Under the pieces are notes generated by a model. The model saw only the letters and a list, made by a program, of their open reading frames with translations. It was not told the origin of the DNA and made no database searches. A program made the translations under genes and the position numbers. From Octopus bimaculoides (lineage: Eukaryota), in NCBI RefSeq assembly GCF_001194135.2, contig NC_069002.1, positions 18,886,340 through 18,937,553 on the forward strand: a stretch of DNA of 51,214 nucleotides, in the 5' to 3' direction. Positions 24,562 through 37,865 of this stretch are shown one piece after another (within the stretch, counting starts at the first letter, position 1; every line of letters begins with the position of its first letter).

Positions 24562-25261
24562 CTTTTCTGTCATCCCCTCCGTTCTGAATGTCCGTTACAA
24601 CAACCAGACTTACTTGAAAAATTATGCCCACACTTGGAAGCAAAATGCATCTAATGTAAAATAAAAATAACGTAATAACTTTCTACAATTAAAAAGAAAA
24701 AAATCCAATTATAATTAAATAAATAATTATTCTTACATGTACCTCCTGATGTATTTAAAAAAAAAAAATTTAAAATACTGGAAGAAATAGTTATTAACTT
24801 CATACCATAATCATTCCAAGTGCTTTATCAACAAGCGTAGTTATACACAGCCATGTAAAACCTACTTCAGTGGAATATATCAAGGAAATTAATTGTGAAA
24901 AGGTTATGACTTCATAGAAACTAAAAAAGAGACCAGCAAAACCATTGCATGTGATCTCTTAATTCTCCAGTCAGAACTATTAACTATTCTTCGCAGTAGA
25001 TTTATAGAATATGGAACCTATATTAAATATATTTCCTCTCGAGCTTATACGAATTGGAAAAAGAAAATGTATTCAGTAAGAGAAGTAGATTTTACTCTTT
25101 TTAATCTGTTAGTTCCTTCTTTTACTCTTCTCTTTTTCCATATTTCTTTCCCTCTCTCCCTCTCTCCCCCTCTCTCTTCAATCAACAGTCGAACACATTC
25201 AACCGCGAAACTCAAAGTAGGAGGAGTCATTTAATACCTTCGAACGCCTATATGTGTATGT

Positions 25262-25262
25262 G

Positions 25263-25349
<87 letters not shown>

Positions 25350-25422
25350 TGTGTGTGTGTGTATGTTGGTGTGTACGTGTCTATATATATACATACATAC
25401 ATACATACATACATACACACAG

Positions 25423-25488
<66 letters not shown>

Positions 25489-25490
25489 GA
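25262..25490. repeat. Compound (GT)n/(CATA)n/(TCTA)n microsatellite
   Basis: Directly visible. Confidence 0.95.
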
Positions 25491-26371
25491 ATGAACAACC
25501 ACAATAACCTACACACGCACAGATATATGTAATGGTACACACAATGATAGAATTAAATCACTCTTTCACATATGTCATCGTATCAATAAAAACCGTTGAA
25601 ATGAATTTCCTGGAATGGTTCCTCACATTGCAAAATGGTAAATTTCTTTAAAATGGAAAATGAAATCTGACAGCATGTTCACTTAAGCTAATTAAATTTT
25701 GTAATTTGCTAAAATAACATTAAAATCTAATTTGACGTAGAAAACTATGGTGAGTAGAAAATGCTTTGGTTATTAGTCTGAATCTAACCAGATAGTTTAC
25801 AGCAGGTATAAATTAATATAAAGATATACTGGAATGTTATAAATCTTACGGGAAGTTGGGCGTGATTAACAAAATAACATCTAAGAGGATGCTGAGAATA
25901 AAAGAACGAAAACTGCGACAAAAGTTCTAATACCAAAACTAATTTCACGTGTAGAAAATGAAAGAAAAAAAAACGAAAGAAAAGTAAAATCTATCATATT
26001 TTTATAATCATTGATAGAATCCGAAATGTCAACTATGGAAGATGATTATGTAGAGATAAGCAATGGCGGATTTTCGAAAACGTATCAATAGCTTTCTTTT
26101 GGGCGGTGACAGTCACCATAACAAAAGAATGATATATTTCATCATCGAATCTCGCTATTTACAGAATTTCATATTCAAAGAAGAAATGGTAACTGAGAAT
26201 TCAATAATAATTTCAGCAAAAAAGTGATATTAATAATATGAATTCCTTTTGAACAGCCGCGTAGAACCCTCCCCTGCTATTGTGTTCTATTCTTGGAAAT
26301 AACGCTAATTCACAAAGACTGCGAACGCAACAGGTTCGTTATTTCCACGATCTCCGCCTCATTATTATCAC

Positions 26372-26372
26372 G

Positions 26373-26422
<50 letters not shown>

Positions 26423-26663
26423 TGTCATCATCTCTGATTTGTTTTAACTGTTGCCCCTAACCCTACTCTTTCATAATACCACCTTCCATTATTATATATT
26501 ATTTATCTTCCTACTGTATTTTCTTCCGTTCCCTCCAGTTTCGAGGTATTGCTTTTCGACTCACACACCACCACCACCACCTTCATCATCATCATCATCA
26601 TCATCATCGTCATCGTCATCGTGGTCGTGGTTGTCGTGGTCGTCGTGGTCGTTGTCGTCGTCG

Positions 26664-26747
<84 letters not shown>

Positions 26748-26760
26748 CCATCATGATCAC

Positions 26761-26798
<38 letters not shown>

Positions 26799-26824
26799 CC
26801 ATCATCATCACCATCATCATCATC

Positions 26825-26897
<73 letters not shown>

Positions 26898-27295
26898 CCA
26901 TCATCATCATTAGTTCCATCTTCAACTTCTTACTCAGATTTCCCTNNNNNNNNNNNNNNNNNNNNNNNNNNNNNNNNNNNNNNNNNNNNNNNNNNNNNNN
27001 NNNNNNNNNNNNNNNNNNNNNNNNNNNNNNNNNNNNNNNNNNNNNNNNNNNNNNNNNNNNNNNNNNNNNNNNNNNNNNNNNNNNNNNNNNNNNNNNNNNN
27101 NNNNNNNNNNNNNNNNNNNNNNNNNNNNNNNNNNNNNNNNNNNNNNNNNNNNNNNNNNNNNNNNNNNNNNNNNNNNNNNNNNNNNNNNNNNNNNNNNNNN
27201 NNNNNNNNNNNNNNNNNNNNNNNNNNNNNNNNNNNNNNNNNNNNNNNNNNNNNNNNNNNNNNNNNNNNNNNNNNNNNNNNNNNNNNNNNNNNNNN

Positions 27296-27351
<56 letters not shown>

Positions 27352-27377
27352 CCATCATCATCACCATCATCATCATC

Positions 27378-27450
<73 letters not shown>

Positions 27451-27463
27451 CCATCATCATCAT
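26372..27463. repeat. (CAT)n-rich microsatellite region spanning a gap
   Basis: Directly visible, with CAC and CGT variants. Confidence 0.95.
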
Positions 27464-27759
27464 TAGTTCCATCTTCAACTTCTTACTCAGATTTCCCTTA
27501 TTTCTGCAAATATTCCTCGTGCTTTTCCCGACTCTTATTTTGTCTTCTCTTCTTCCAAATTCTTCCTCTTCCTAAGCATCCTCCTCATCCTCAATTTCTT
27601 CTTCATGTCCTCCGTGTTTTGCTTATTTTCGATTTCAAAAGAACTTTCTTCAACTATTTTCTTTCCTTTTCCTGCTTTTTGCTGCTGTTCTGCTTCTTTC
27701 CTCCAACCTGACTTTTTATAAACTTACCACCTTTTTGTCTCTTCTTTCCAACGCCACTT

Positions 27760-27839
27760 CGCCACCACCACCAACACCACCACAACCACCACCACCACCA
27801 CCACTACCACCACCACCATCACCACCACCACCACCACCA
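27760..27839. repeat. (CCA)n microsatellite into gap
   Basis: Directly visible. Confidence 0.95.
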
Positions 27840-28601
27840 NNNNNNNNNNNNNNNNNNNNNNNNNNNNNNNNNNNNNNNNNNNNNNNNNNNNNNNNNNNNN
27901 NNNNNNNNNNNNNNNNNNNNNNNNNNNNNNNNNNNNNNNNNNNNNNNNNNNNNNNNNNNNNNNNNNNNNNNNNNNNNNNNNNNNNNNNNNNNNNNNNNNN
28001 NNNNNNNNNNNNNNNNNNNNNNNNNNNNNNNNNNNNNNNNNNNNNNNNNNNNNNNNNNNNNNNNNNNNNNNNNNNNNNNNNNNNNNNNNNNNNNNNNNNN
28101 NNNNNNNNNNNNNNNNNNNNNNNNNNNNNNNNNNNNNNNNNNNNNNNNNNNNNNNNNNNNNNNNNNNNNNNNNNNNNNNNNNNNNNNNNNNNNNNNNNNN
28201 NNNNNNNNNNNNNNNNNNNNNNNNNNNNNNNNNNNNNNNNNNNNNNNNNNNNNNNNNNNNNNNNNNNNNNNNNNNNNNNNNNNNNNNNNNNNNNNNNNNN
28301 NNNNNNNNNNNNNNNNNNNNNNNNNNNNNNNNNNNNNNNNNNNNNNNNNNNNNNNNNNNNNNNNNNNNNNNNNNNNNNNNNNNNNNNNNNNNNNNNNNNN
28401 NNNNNNNNNNNNNNNNNNNNNNNNNNNNNNNNNNNNNNNNNNNNNNNNNNNNNNNNNNNNNNNNNNNNNNNNNNNNNNNNNNNNNNNNNNNNNNNNNNNN
28501 NNNNNNNNNNNGTTCGTTTAAATCTTTATAACGTGACTGGCTTCATTTTTGCCTTTGCTGATTCTGTCGCTGGTAATGGAGGTCATGTTATTTTTATCAT
28601 T

Positions 28602-28665
<64 letters not shown>

Positions 28666-29340
28666 TAAGAGTAATCATTATCATTGTTATAGTCATCATC
28701 ATTATTATTATCCTTATAGTTAACATAATCATTATCATCGCCATCGTCCTGAAGTTACTGCCAACACCGCCGCTGCTGTCATCGCTATTTTGATCGTCAC
28801 CACCGTCATCATTATCATCATTGCTGCCTTTATCGACATCATCTTCGTCGTCGTCATCTGCATTTGTCCTTTCAATTATTTAGTAATGAAGCGAGTGCAA
28901 TATTTCTGATAATAAATTTATATAACATGAATTCCAAAAAAGGAAAAAAAGAAATTAAAAATTATATTTTCAGAGTCCTTTATTAGCTTTTCTATTATGA
29001 GATTGCTGTAATTTCTGAAAATACAAGAAAAAATAATACACAATATTCGATTTTTTTTTCTTTTCATAATAATATATTTCGGTTATAAATGTTTGATTGT
29101 TTACCATTGTTGAGTTGAGTGCATTATGCAATCATTGTTGCAGTTGTAGGGATTTTAAAGCATTTAAGGGAAAAAACCAAGGGTTATGACAACAATGATT
29201 ACAATAATGATAATAATTATATTAACAACAACAACAATAATAATAATAATTAAAACAACAACAATAACAACAATAATCATTATTATTTTAAATCTTTTTA
29301 TTGTTTTTCTTGTATTAATATTATTATCATTATTATTATT

Positions 29341-30150
<810 letters not shown>

Positions 30151-30169
30151 TAACTAACTAACTAGTAAC

Positions 30170-30193
30170 AATAATAACAATAATAATAATAAT

Positions 30194-30238
<45 letters not shown>

Positions 30239-30305
30239 CTTTTCTATTATACGCGAAGGCCTGAAATTTTGGGGGAATTCTGTTACATCGACCTCAGTAC
30301 TCAAC

Positions 30306-30367
<62 letters not shown>

Positions 30368-30430
30368 GCAACAACACCAACAACAATAATAATAATAATA
30401 ATGATTGTAATAATAATCCTTTCTACTGAA

Positions 30431-30524
<94 letters not shown>

Positions 30525-30525
30525 A
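30170..30525. repeat. (TAA)n then (TTA)n microsatellites with an embedded SINE-like fragment (30239-30309)
   Basis: Directly visible. The repeat strand switches at about 30425. Confidence 0.9.
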
Positions 30526-30735
30526 TAGTAAAGGTGGTGAGCTGGCAGAAGCGTTAATTCGCAGGGCAAAATGCTTAGCGACATTTTGCCAGTCATTACG
30601 TTCTGAGTTCAACTTCGGCCTATTTCGACTTTGCCTTTCATCCTTTCGGTTTCGTTAAATTAAGTACCAATTATGCACTGTGGTCCATGCAATCGACTAG
30701 TCTTCTCCCCCAAAATTTCAGGCCTTGTGCTTTCA
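30525..30735 (-). mobile_element. TAA-associated SINE-like element
   Basis: Reverse complement of the 18151-type element; its 3' end runs into (TAA)n on the minus strand. Confidence 0.8.
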
Positions 30736-30739
30736 GTAG

Positions 30740-31292
30740 GTGACACTTATTTACTGGCCATGCCTCAAGAACCCTGCGAAGAATTCTTGCAGTTCTACAC
30801 AATGCTGATATTTGTACGTGTTCAGCCTTCACATTTGCACTGATCTTTTTTAGCCATGTTGGTAGTTGAGTGCTGATACTTCCAAGTGCACCAATTACTA
30901 TTGGTATCACGTCTACTCTCTTCATTGACCACAACCTTCGTATTTCCCGCTTCAAATCGTTATAGATGTTTATTTTTCCTTCTTTTCGTTGATTCTGTTG
31001 CCACCAGTACATGCTATGCCGATTATCATGCATGTTCATTCTTTTTTTTATGCAACACAACAATGTCCGTTTTCCGATGTCTGGTCGAGTAATCGCACTG
31101 GATCATTGCATCACGCAGGATTTTGCAATTCTCTTCTTCTGGAGTTTTCTCATTCCACGTCATTGCTCTTTGTAGGCCGGGATTTCCACAGAGTTCCCAA
31201 TGGATCATTCTTGCCAGATTGTGATGCCGTCTTTTATATTCGCGTTGTGTCAATTTCGGGCAACGCTAATGATGTGCCATACCGTTTCATCC
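30740..31292 (-). mobile_element. R4/Dong LINE, 5'-truncated
   Basis: ETVWHII...REYKRRHHNLARMIHWELCG...RHRKTDIVVLHK...IRRLWSMKRVDVIPIVIGALGSIS...TARILRRVLEA. (TAA)n on its 5' side (31296-31358). Confidence 0.9.
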
Positions 31293-31293
31293 C

Positions 31294-31353
<60 letters not shown>

Positions 31354-33376
31354 GTTATTTAGAAGAGAATCTCAAATCGCTAGGTCGCTGGAATAATGTG
31401 CCTTCCAGTATTCAATGAAGCCACTTCGCTTGACCAGTGGAAATCTTGCCGATAGCATCTTTATCACCCTACCTCGATATAATAGATTGTTTCCACACTC
31501 CCCAACATGCAGGCTACAACAAAATCATACAGGGCCTTGTGGTTCCTTTGGATGGAGGAGAAGCAGATATGATTTATTGTATTCTAGTTTGTTATTGGGA
31601 TGTGTCCGACCCAAGTGGATCCTGATCAACATACAACTAAGATGAACATCATTGCTACTACGACAGAATCAACTTAATTTTGGACTAGATTTAAATAAAT
31701 TACAGTATACTTTGTATCCTTCGTTTCTTTTTATGAGGATCTCACTTTGATTTGAGAGCGATTAGGCTGCTATTTACAGCCAGTTAAGAGACTGCGGAGG
31801 AGCCTGCTCCTGTTGTTTTTCGGTTCACATTGATTCTTTCAAAGGGAAAGACGTTAAACATCTGAAAGAATTCCAAATCAGGAACTAAAATATCGATTAC
31901 TTTTATTCGATCACTATCGTTTTCTCCGGACTGCCTCGAGATTAAGTGGTGCCATTTTTCTACACACCCAGTTTGTAATTAGTGTTTACAGTCTAATTAA
32001 AGTCTAGAGCAAAATTAATTAAAATAAACCATTGCTGCTGGGCTGTTTTGCGCCAAAAATCCTGCCCCAAACATTAAAATTCTTGCACTTTCTCTAGGAC
32101 TAATAACACCACGCAACAACAATCGGTTGAATTAAATCGAATTAATTAGATAATCCTTTTCCCATTAACATGACTCACAAGATGAGGTTCTTAACTCTGT
32201 TTAGTTACCTAAAGTTAATGATAATCTACTTAACGCTACTGTAGTCAGATCGTTAAATGTCCAGAAGTTATCTCGTCTAGAAATTAGAAACAGAAAAACC
32301 AACGAAATAACAATTTGATGAACAGTGAAGCATCTTTTAATGATTTCTGTTAAACGAGGAGACATAACAACTAGCATGGAGTGGATACTATATCTCACTA
32401 TATTTCACACACAAACACATACAACCGCTCATTCTCCACCCCTCCCACATTTTGCTGACTCCTCTATCACTACATTATACTTAGGCGCACGTGCTAAAAA
32501 TTTGCCAACTGTACGAAGAGAACAAAAATAGAGTCGATCACTTGACTTGTCCATCTCTGAATCACTGTATCTCAATATAATCGAATGTTTATGCTTCACT
32601 GTGGGGCAGCAAGTGAGAAGCTGCTTCCCTCGAATTTCACTTGAAGAACGGTTTAAAATTACCCTAACAATCAAACAATCAGAACCCGCACGAATAAATT
32701 CCTCTGTATACTAAAGCTCTAATTGTAGCCAAACGTGGATCAACGCCTTCTTAAATGATAAAAGAATTGCATTTGATAAGCTATTTCTACTATTTTGTCC
32801 CAAAAACACATATCTGTGTTTGTGTGTGTGTGAGTGAGTGTTTGTCCGTGTGAGTAGGTCTCTCTATAAACAAACATACATATATACATAATACTTAGAG
32901 CAAAAAGGAAACAGGTTATTCACTAAACGGTCTCACATTCCTCGTCTCACGCCCATGTCGCTACTCGGAGTTTTAAGAATTCTCGTTCAGTTTAGGCTTC
33001 AGCGGCTGATTCTGAAAATGACATTCCAATTCTGACCCTTCCTCGTGAATCTTGTGCAACATTGTTAGCTAACTTTCAAAAGTTTTACTTCAGTGTAGTA
33101 TTTCTCCGCTTCCTTTTGATGTGGGAATTAAAAAAGCGATTCGGGCCTTAGCCAAAGAGGAATGTGTCTGTAGATAGTCATTCCTATGATCATCACAACA
33201 TTTTTGGCGCTGCATCTATAAGACAAAATACACCGCCTACCTTTCTAAAAAAAGCCGTTTACATTACTGATTGCTTATATTCCTAAATGTTTGATTGTTA
33301 GCCATTGTCTAGGTGAGTGTGTTAAGTATTAAGTGTTGTGGTTGTAATGATTCTAAGACATTTAGGGAAAAACTGC

Positions 33377-33430
<54 letters not shown>

Positions 33431-33436
<6 letters not shown>

Positions 33437-33640
33437 GTCTATGTGATCTCAACTTTTAAAGCAAACACATAATTTTCTTATGGTTTCTTAAACATTCACT
33501 TGAACAAAACTGTACAAATCCAAATATATGATACCCTAGGCATAACACCTACATGAACTTCTAACTTGTTGTCTCTTGAGGTCTCTGGGTGAGACTTGGA
33601 TCCAACTTGTACAAATGCAAAACAAAAGTCAAACATAAAA
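33431..33640 (+). mobile_element. Probable R4/Dong LINE 3' UTR inserted in (TAA)n
   Basis: Starts ATA CTG TCT ATG TGA (ILSM*, like the ORF C-termini) and has (TAA)n on both sides. The family assignment relies partly on recall. Confidence 0.55.
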
Positions 33641-34448
33641 TAATAATAATAATNNNNNNNNNNNNNNNNNNNNNNNNNNNNNNNNNNNNNNNNNNNNNNN
33701 NNNNNNNNNNNNNNNNNNNNNNNNNNNNNNNNNNNNNNNNNNNNNNNNNNNNNNNNNNNNNNNNNNNNNNNNNNNNNNNNNNNNNNNNNNNNNNNNNNNN
33801 NNNNNNNNNNNNNNNNNNNNNNNNNNNNNNNNNNNNNNNNNNNNNNNNNNNNNNNNNNNNNNNNNNNNNNNNNNNNNNNNNNNNNNNNNNNNNNNNNNNN
33901 NNNNNNNNNNNNNNNNNNNNNNNNNNNNNNNNNNNNNNNNNNNNNNNNNNNNNNNNNNNNNNNNNNNNNNNNNNNNNNNNNNNNNNNNNNNNNNNNNNNN
34001 NNNNNNNNNNNNNNNNNNNNNNNNNNNNNNNNNNNNNNNNNNNNNNNNNNNNNNNNNNNNNNNNNNNNNNNNNNNNNNNNNNNNNNNNNNNNNNNNNNNN
34101 NNNNNNNNNNNNNNNNNNNNNNNNNNNNNNNNNNNNNNNNNNNNNNNNNNNNNNNNNNNNNNNNNNNNNNNNNNNNNNNNNNNNNNNNNNNNNNNNNNNN
34201 NNNNNNNNNNNNNNNNNNNNNNNNNNNNNNNNNNNNNNNNNNNNNNNNNNNNNNNNNNNNNNNNNNNNNNNNNNNNNNNNNNNNNNNNNNNNNNNNNNNN
34301 NNNNNNNNNNNNNNNNNNNNNNNNNNNNNNNNNNNNNNNNNNNNNNNNNNNNNNNNNNNNNNNNNNNNNNNNNNNNNNNNNNNNNNNNNNNNNNNNNNNN
34401 NNNNNNNNNNNNNNNNNNNNNNNNNNNNNNNNNNNNNNNNNNNNNNNN

Positions 34449-34478
<30 letters not shown>

Positions 34479-34481
<3 letters not shown>

Positions 34482-34890
34482 GCCGCACTTACTACTACTA
34501 CTACTACTGCCACTACTACTACTACTATTACTGCTACTACTACTACTGCTGCAGCTGCTACTGCTGCTACCACGACTACTACTGCTGCTACTACTGCGCT
34601 GCTGCTGCTACCACTGCTGCTGCTGCTGCTACCACTGCTGCTGCTGTAACTACTACTGATATTACTACCACTGCTGCTGTTGCTGTTAATACTGCTGCTA
34701 CCACCGCTGCTGCTACTACTGCTACCACTACTACAGCTGCTGCTGCTGCTACTACTGCTACTGTTACTGCTGATTTGCTGTTGCCACTACTACTACTATT
34801 ACCACTGCCGCTGCTGCTGCTGATAGTGATGTTGCTGCTGCTACTACAACTACTGGTGGTAGTGGTGGTGCTGCTGCTGCTAATGATGAT
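34479..34890. repeat. Degenerate (CTA)/(CTG)n trinucleotide repeat
   Basis: Directly visible. Confidence 0.95.
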
Positions 34891-35020
34891 AAACGCGGCC
34901 CCTGTATGAAGATTAGTGGTTAAAAAATATATAAAATAAAAATAAATAAATTTGTCAAATAAAATTTTAAAAAAATGAAAACTTTATTATAATTTAACTT
35001 TACTTAAAAAAAAAATTCAA

Positions 35021-35920
35021 ACAGTACACCAAATCGCTTGTCCAATGGTTATAATGGAAGCGCGCCTGTCAGGAATCTGTCAGCCTGACGGCGAAAAAGT
35101 TTCAAATGGCAGAATATCTTCCCCGAATACGAACCTGGAAGGTCACTTAGACGGGATTTATCCCAAATTAAGCCCCCAAAGTTCACCACCACACCGACCA
35201 CAAAATCAAAAATGTAAAAGAATTAAATGGAACCGGGAAGAATATAAAGAAGTAATATACGCTTATTACTTTGCATTAAGCAGGCCAACCCAAGAGAAAC
35301 ACACCGCAAACTCCTCCAGAATTTGGAGGAGCCGGAATCCAGCTAGCAGACCAAACCTGGATGAAAACAGATTAGCAAATTTTAGAAGAGATATCCTCAG
35401 AAATACCAGACTCACAGATGCAGAATTGACCTCTATTCATAAAAGCTAATAAACCGGATATTATCATAAAAGATCAGACAAAGAAGACGTGTTTATTAAT
35501 TGACATGAGTATTCCCTCTGATCATAATATAGCGGCGAAAGAATTTGACAAGATCAGTAAATATAAAGACTTGCTAATAGAAATTGAAAAAAATGTGGCA
35601 CCTCAAGGCGACTACCATAACAGTGATTGTAGGATCTCTAGGAATGATAAAAAAAGGTACTGAAACCTATTTGAAAATGATACCAGGCTTACCAACCCTA
35701 CAGGAAGTGCAAAAATCGTGCTAACTGGAACGACTCATGTACTGAGAAGAGCATTATCGCTGTGAAAACAACATCCATTCATGAACTTTTTTTTTCTTAA
35801 ATACATGTTTTACCTGTGAATTTGCGTGTGTGAACTGGGAATGCATACAACGAGTTTCTCTGCCCTAGGTGTACGGAAAACACTCGGCGAGAAATGGAAG
35901 AAAATTTGAAGAAAGAAGAA
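35021..35920 (+). mobile_element. R4/Dong LINE with RT deleted (N-terminus joined to RLE domain)
   Basis: N-terminal motif RIKWNREEYKEVIYAYY...IWRSRNP...LDENRLANFRRDILRNTRLTDAEL joins at about 35440 to IKANKPDIIIKD...CLLIDMSIPSD...KYKDLLIEI...LTGTTHVLRRALSL*. The 3' UTR ends in (TAA)n. Confidence 0.85.
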
Positions 35921-35954
35921 AATAATAATAATAATAATAATAATAATGTTAGTA

Positions 35955-36660
35955 TGGCCATGATGCATTACCAGGCAGTGAGTCTGTACCCTGGTGCAGT
36001 ATCAGGTAGTGGTTTCATGGCTTCTGATCTTAACTGATTGGAAGTGTACATGTTTTAACGATTTCTGTTAAACGAGGAAACATAACAACTAGCATGAAGT
36101 GGACACTATATCTCACTATATTTCACACACAAACACACACAGCCGCTCATTCTCCACCCCTCTCACGTTTTGCTGATTCCTCTATCACTTCATTAGGCCT
36201 AGACAGACGCACGTGTTTTGTTTTCGTATAAAACATAGGCTACAACAAATATTCTGTCCAATACCACAGATTTGCTTGTCAGTTGCTTGACATTAAGTAG
36301 TTGAGCATGTCCCTTGGTGGCTGACAATATGTGCATCTCTGATCACGAGCAGAAGTAGTGTGGGAGAGCATCATAGCCATTTGTTGAGAGGAATCTTTTG
36401 AGATTTCAGTAATTCACCTCTGGAAACATGCGTGTTTTGTTCATCATTCTTAAAAAAACCTTATTCAAGGAACTTTTGACTAGGATGGGATACTCAACCT
36501 AAAGAAAATTCTAACTGGGCCCCACCTGCAAGGTTATGCACTGTTTACCTTGATACAAGGTCGCCATGTCGGGCACACATGGTTATAATGTATGTGCCCG
36601 GTATACCCTTATCAGACGGATGGTCATGATGGGTATATTAGGTTTCGTATATTAGTACTG
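35955..36660 (+). mobile_element. Probable abundant SINE-like repeat interrupted by a ~160-bp insert
   Basis: Resembles an abundant octopus repeat as I recall it. The insert at 36053-36215 is homologous to 32335-32493. Confidence 0.4.
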
Positions 36661-36760
36661 CAATGTCTCTTTGATGGCATGCATTGATCTTTCATTCAAT
36701 AACAACAAAAACAATAATGAAAATAATAATAATATTTATAATAATAATAATAATAATAAT

Positions 36761-37820
36761 GGACAATGAACAGATGGGCTGCTTCCTTAATGCGATATGG
36801 TGCAGGTGCTGTTAGGTGGACAAAGAACGAGCTTGAAGAAATGGACAGGATATCCAGAAAAGTGATGAAAATCAACAAGGAACTACACCCCAAAAGCGAT
36901 ACCAACAGGCTGTGTGAGTTTAGGAACATAGGAGGAAGAGGTGTCATAGGATGCAAGATATGTGTGGTCACATCAAAAAACATCACCGAAAAGAACAGTC
37001 TGGGCTGGTACATCAAACAGCCGAGTGAATCCTTGCTTGCTGCTGCTAGAATTATCAATACGATACTTACCAAAAATGTGAGGCACCCACAAACATTTAA
37101 GAAATTAGATGAAAGAAGAGTAAACAATTGGAAAATGAAAAAAAAAACTGCATAGGCAATACATTAGAGAAATCGAAGGAAAAGACACGATCAACACATG
37201 GAGAGGTCAAAGAAAAAGTGATTTGAATGGATGCACTGAGGCATTGACATGGAGCGTCCAGGAACAAAGTTCAAAATAGATAAGAGCAGCGAATCGCCCC
37301 TTTGTAGGAAGTGTGGCAGCAGAAACGAAACAATTTCACATATTGTGAGTGTATGTAGCAATCTGGCCCAAAAGCACTACAAAAGGAGGCACGATAAAGT
37401 GGCTAAGTTCGTCCACTTGAGGCTATGTGAAATGAACGACGGCCTGAACAAGGCACGGAAATGGTACCAACATGAACCAGGAGTCACCGAGAAGAAGGAA
37501 TATAAGATACTTGTAGGATTTTACAATCCAGTATGACTCCCTAATTGATGCTCGAAGACCGGACATTGTTGTGGTAGATAAAGGCAAAATGGAAATCAAG
37601 ATTATAGATATTGCAATACCTGGGGAGAACGCATAAGTGGCAATGAACTAGAAAAGACTGAAAAGTACAGACCACTAAAAGACGAAATTATAAGAATGTA
37701 GATTATGAGGCGAATGTCCGTCATTGTAGTAAATGCAGGGCCACTCGGGGTGCTAACGACCAGGTTCGAGAAATATGTCAGGGAAAATAGAACTGACATG
37801 AGAGCAGAGCAAGACCAAAA
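36761..37820 (+). mobile_element. R4/Dong LINE fragment (thumb, CCHC knuckle, RLE)
   Basis: WAASLMRYGAGAVRWTKNELEEMDR...LHPKSD...GGRG, CRKCGSRNETISHIVSVC, HYKRRHDKVAK, RRPDIVVVDK...IIDIAIPG. Preceded by (TAA)n. Confidence 0.9.
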
Positions 37821-37865
37821 TGATACAGGGCCTTGTGGTTCCTTTGGATGGAGGAGAAGCAGATA

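Noticed and set aside
26451-26925. Poly-Met/Ile/His/Ser ORFs, and other homopolymer or dipeptide ORFs in the window
   Set aside because: These are translations of stop-free simple repeats.
26911-27498. Identical 35-bp unique sequence on both sides of a gap (26911-26945 and 27464-27498)
   Set aside because: Most likely an unmerged contig overlap across a (CAT)n tract, not a real duplication.
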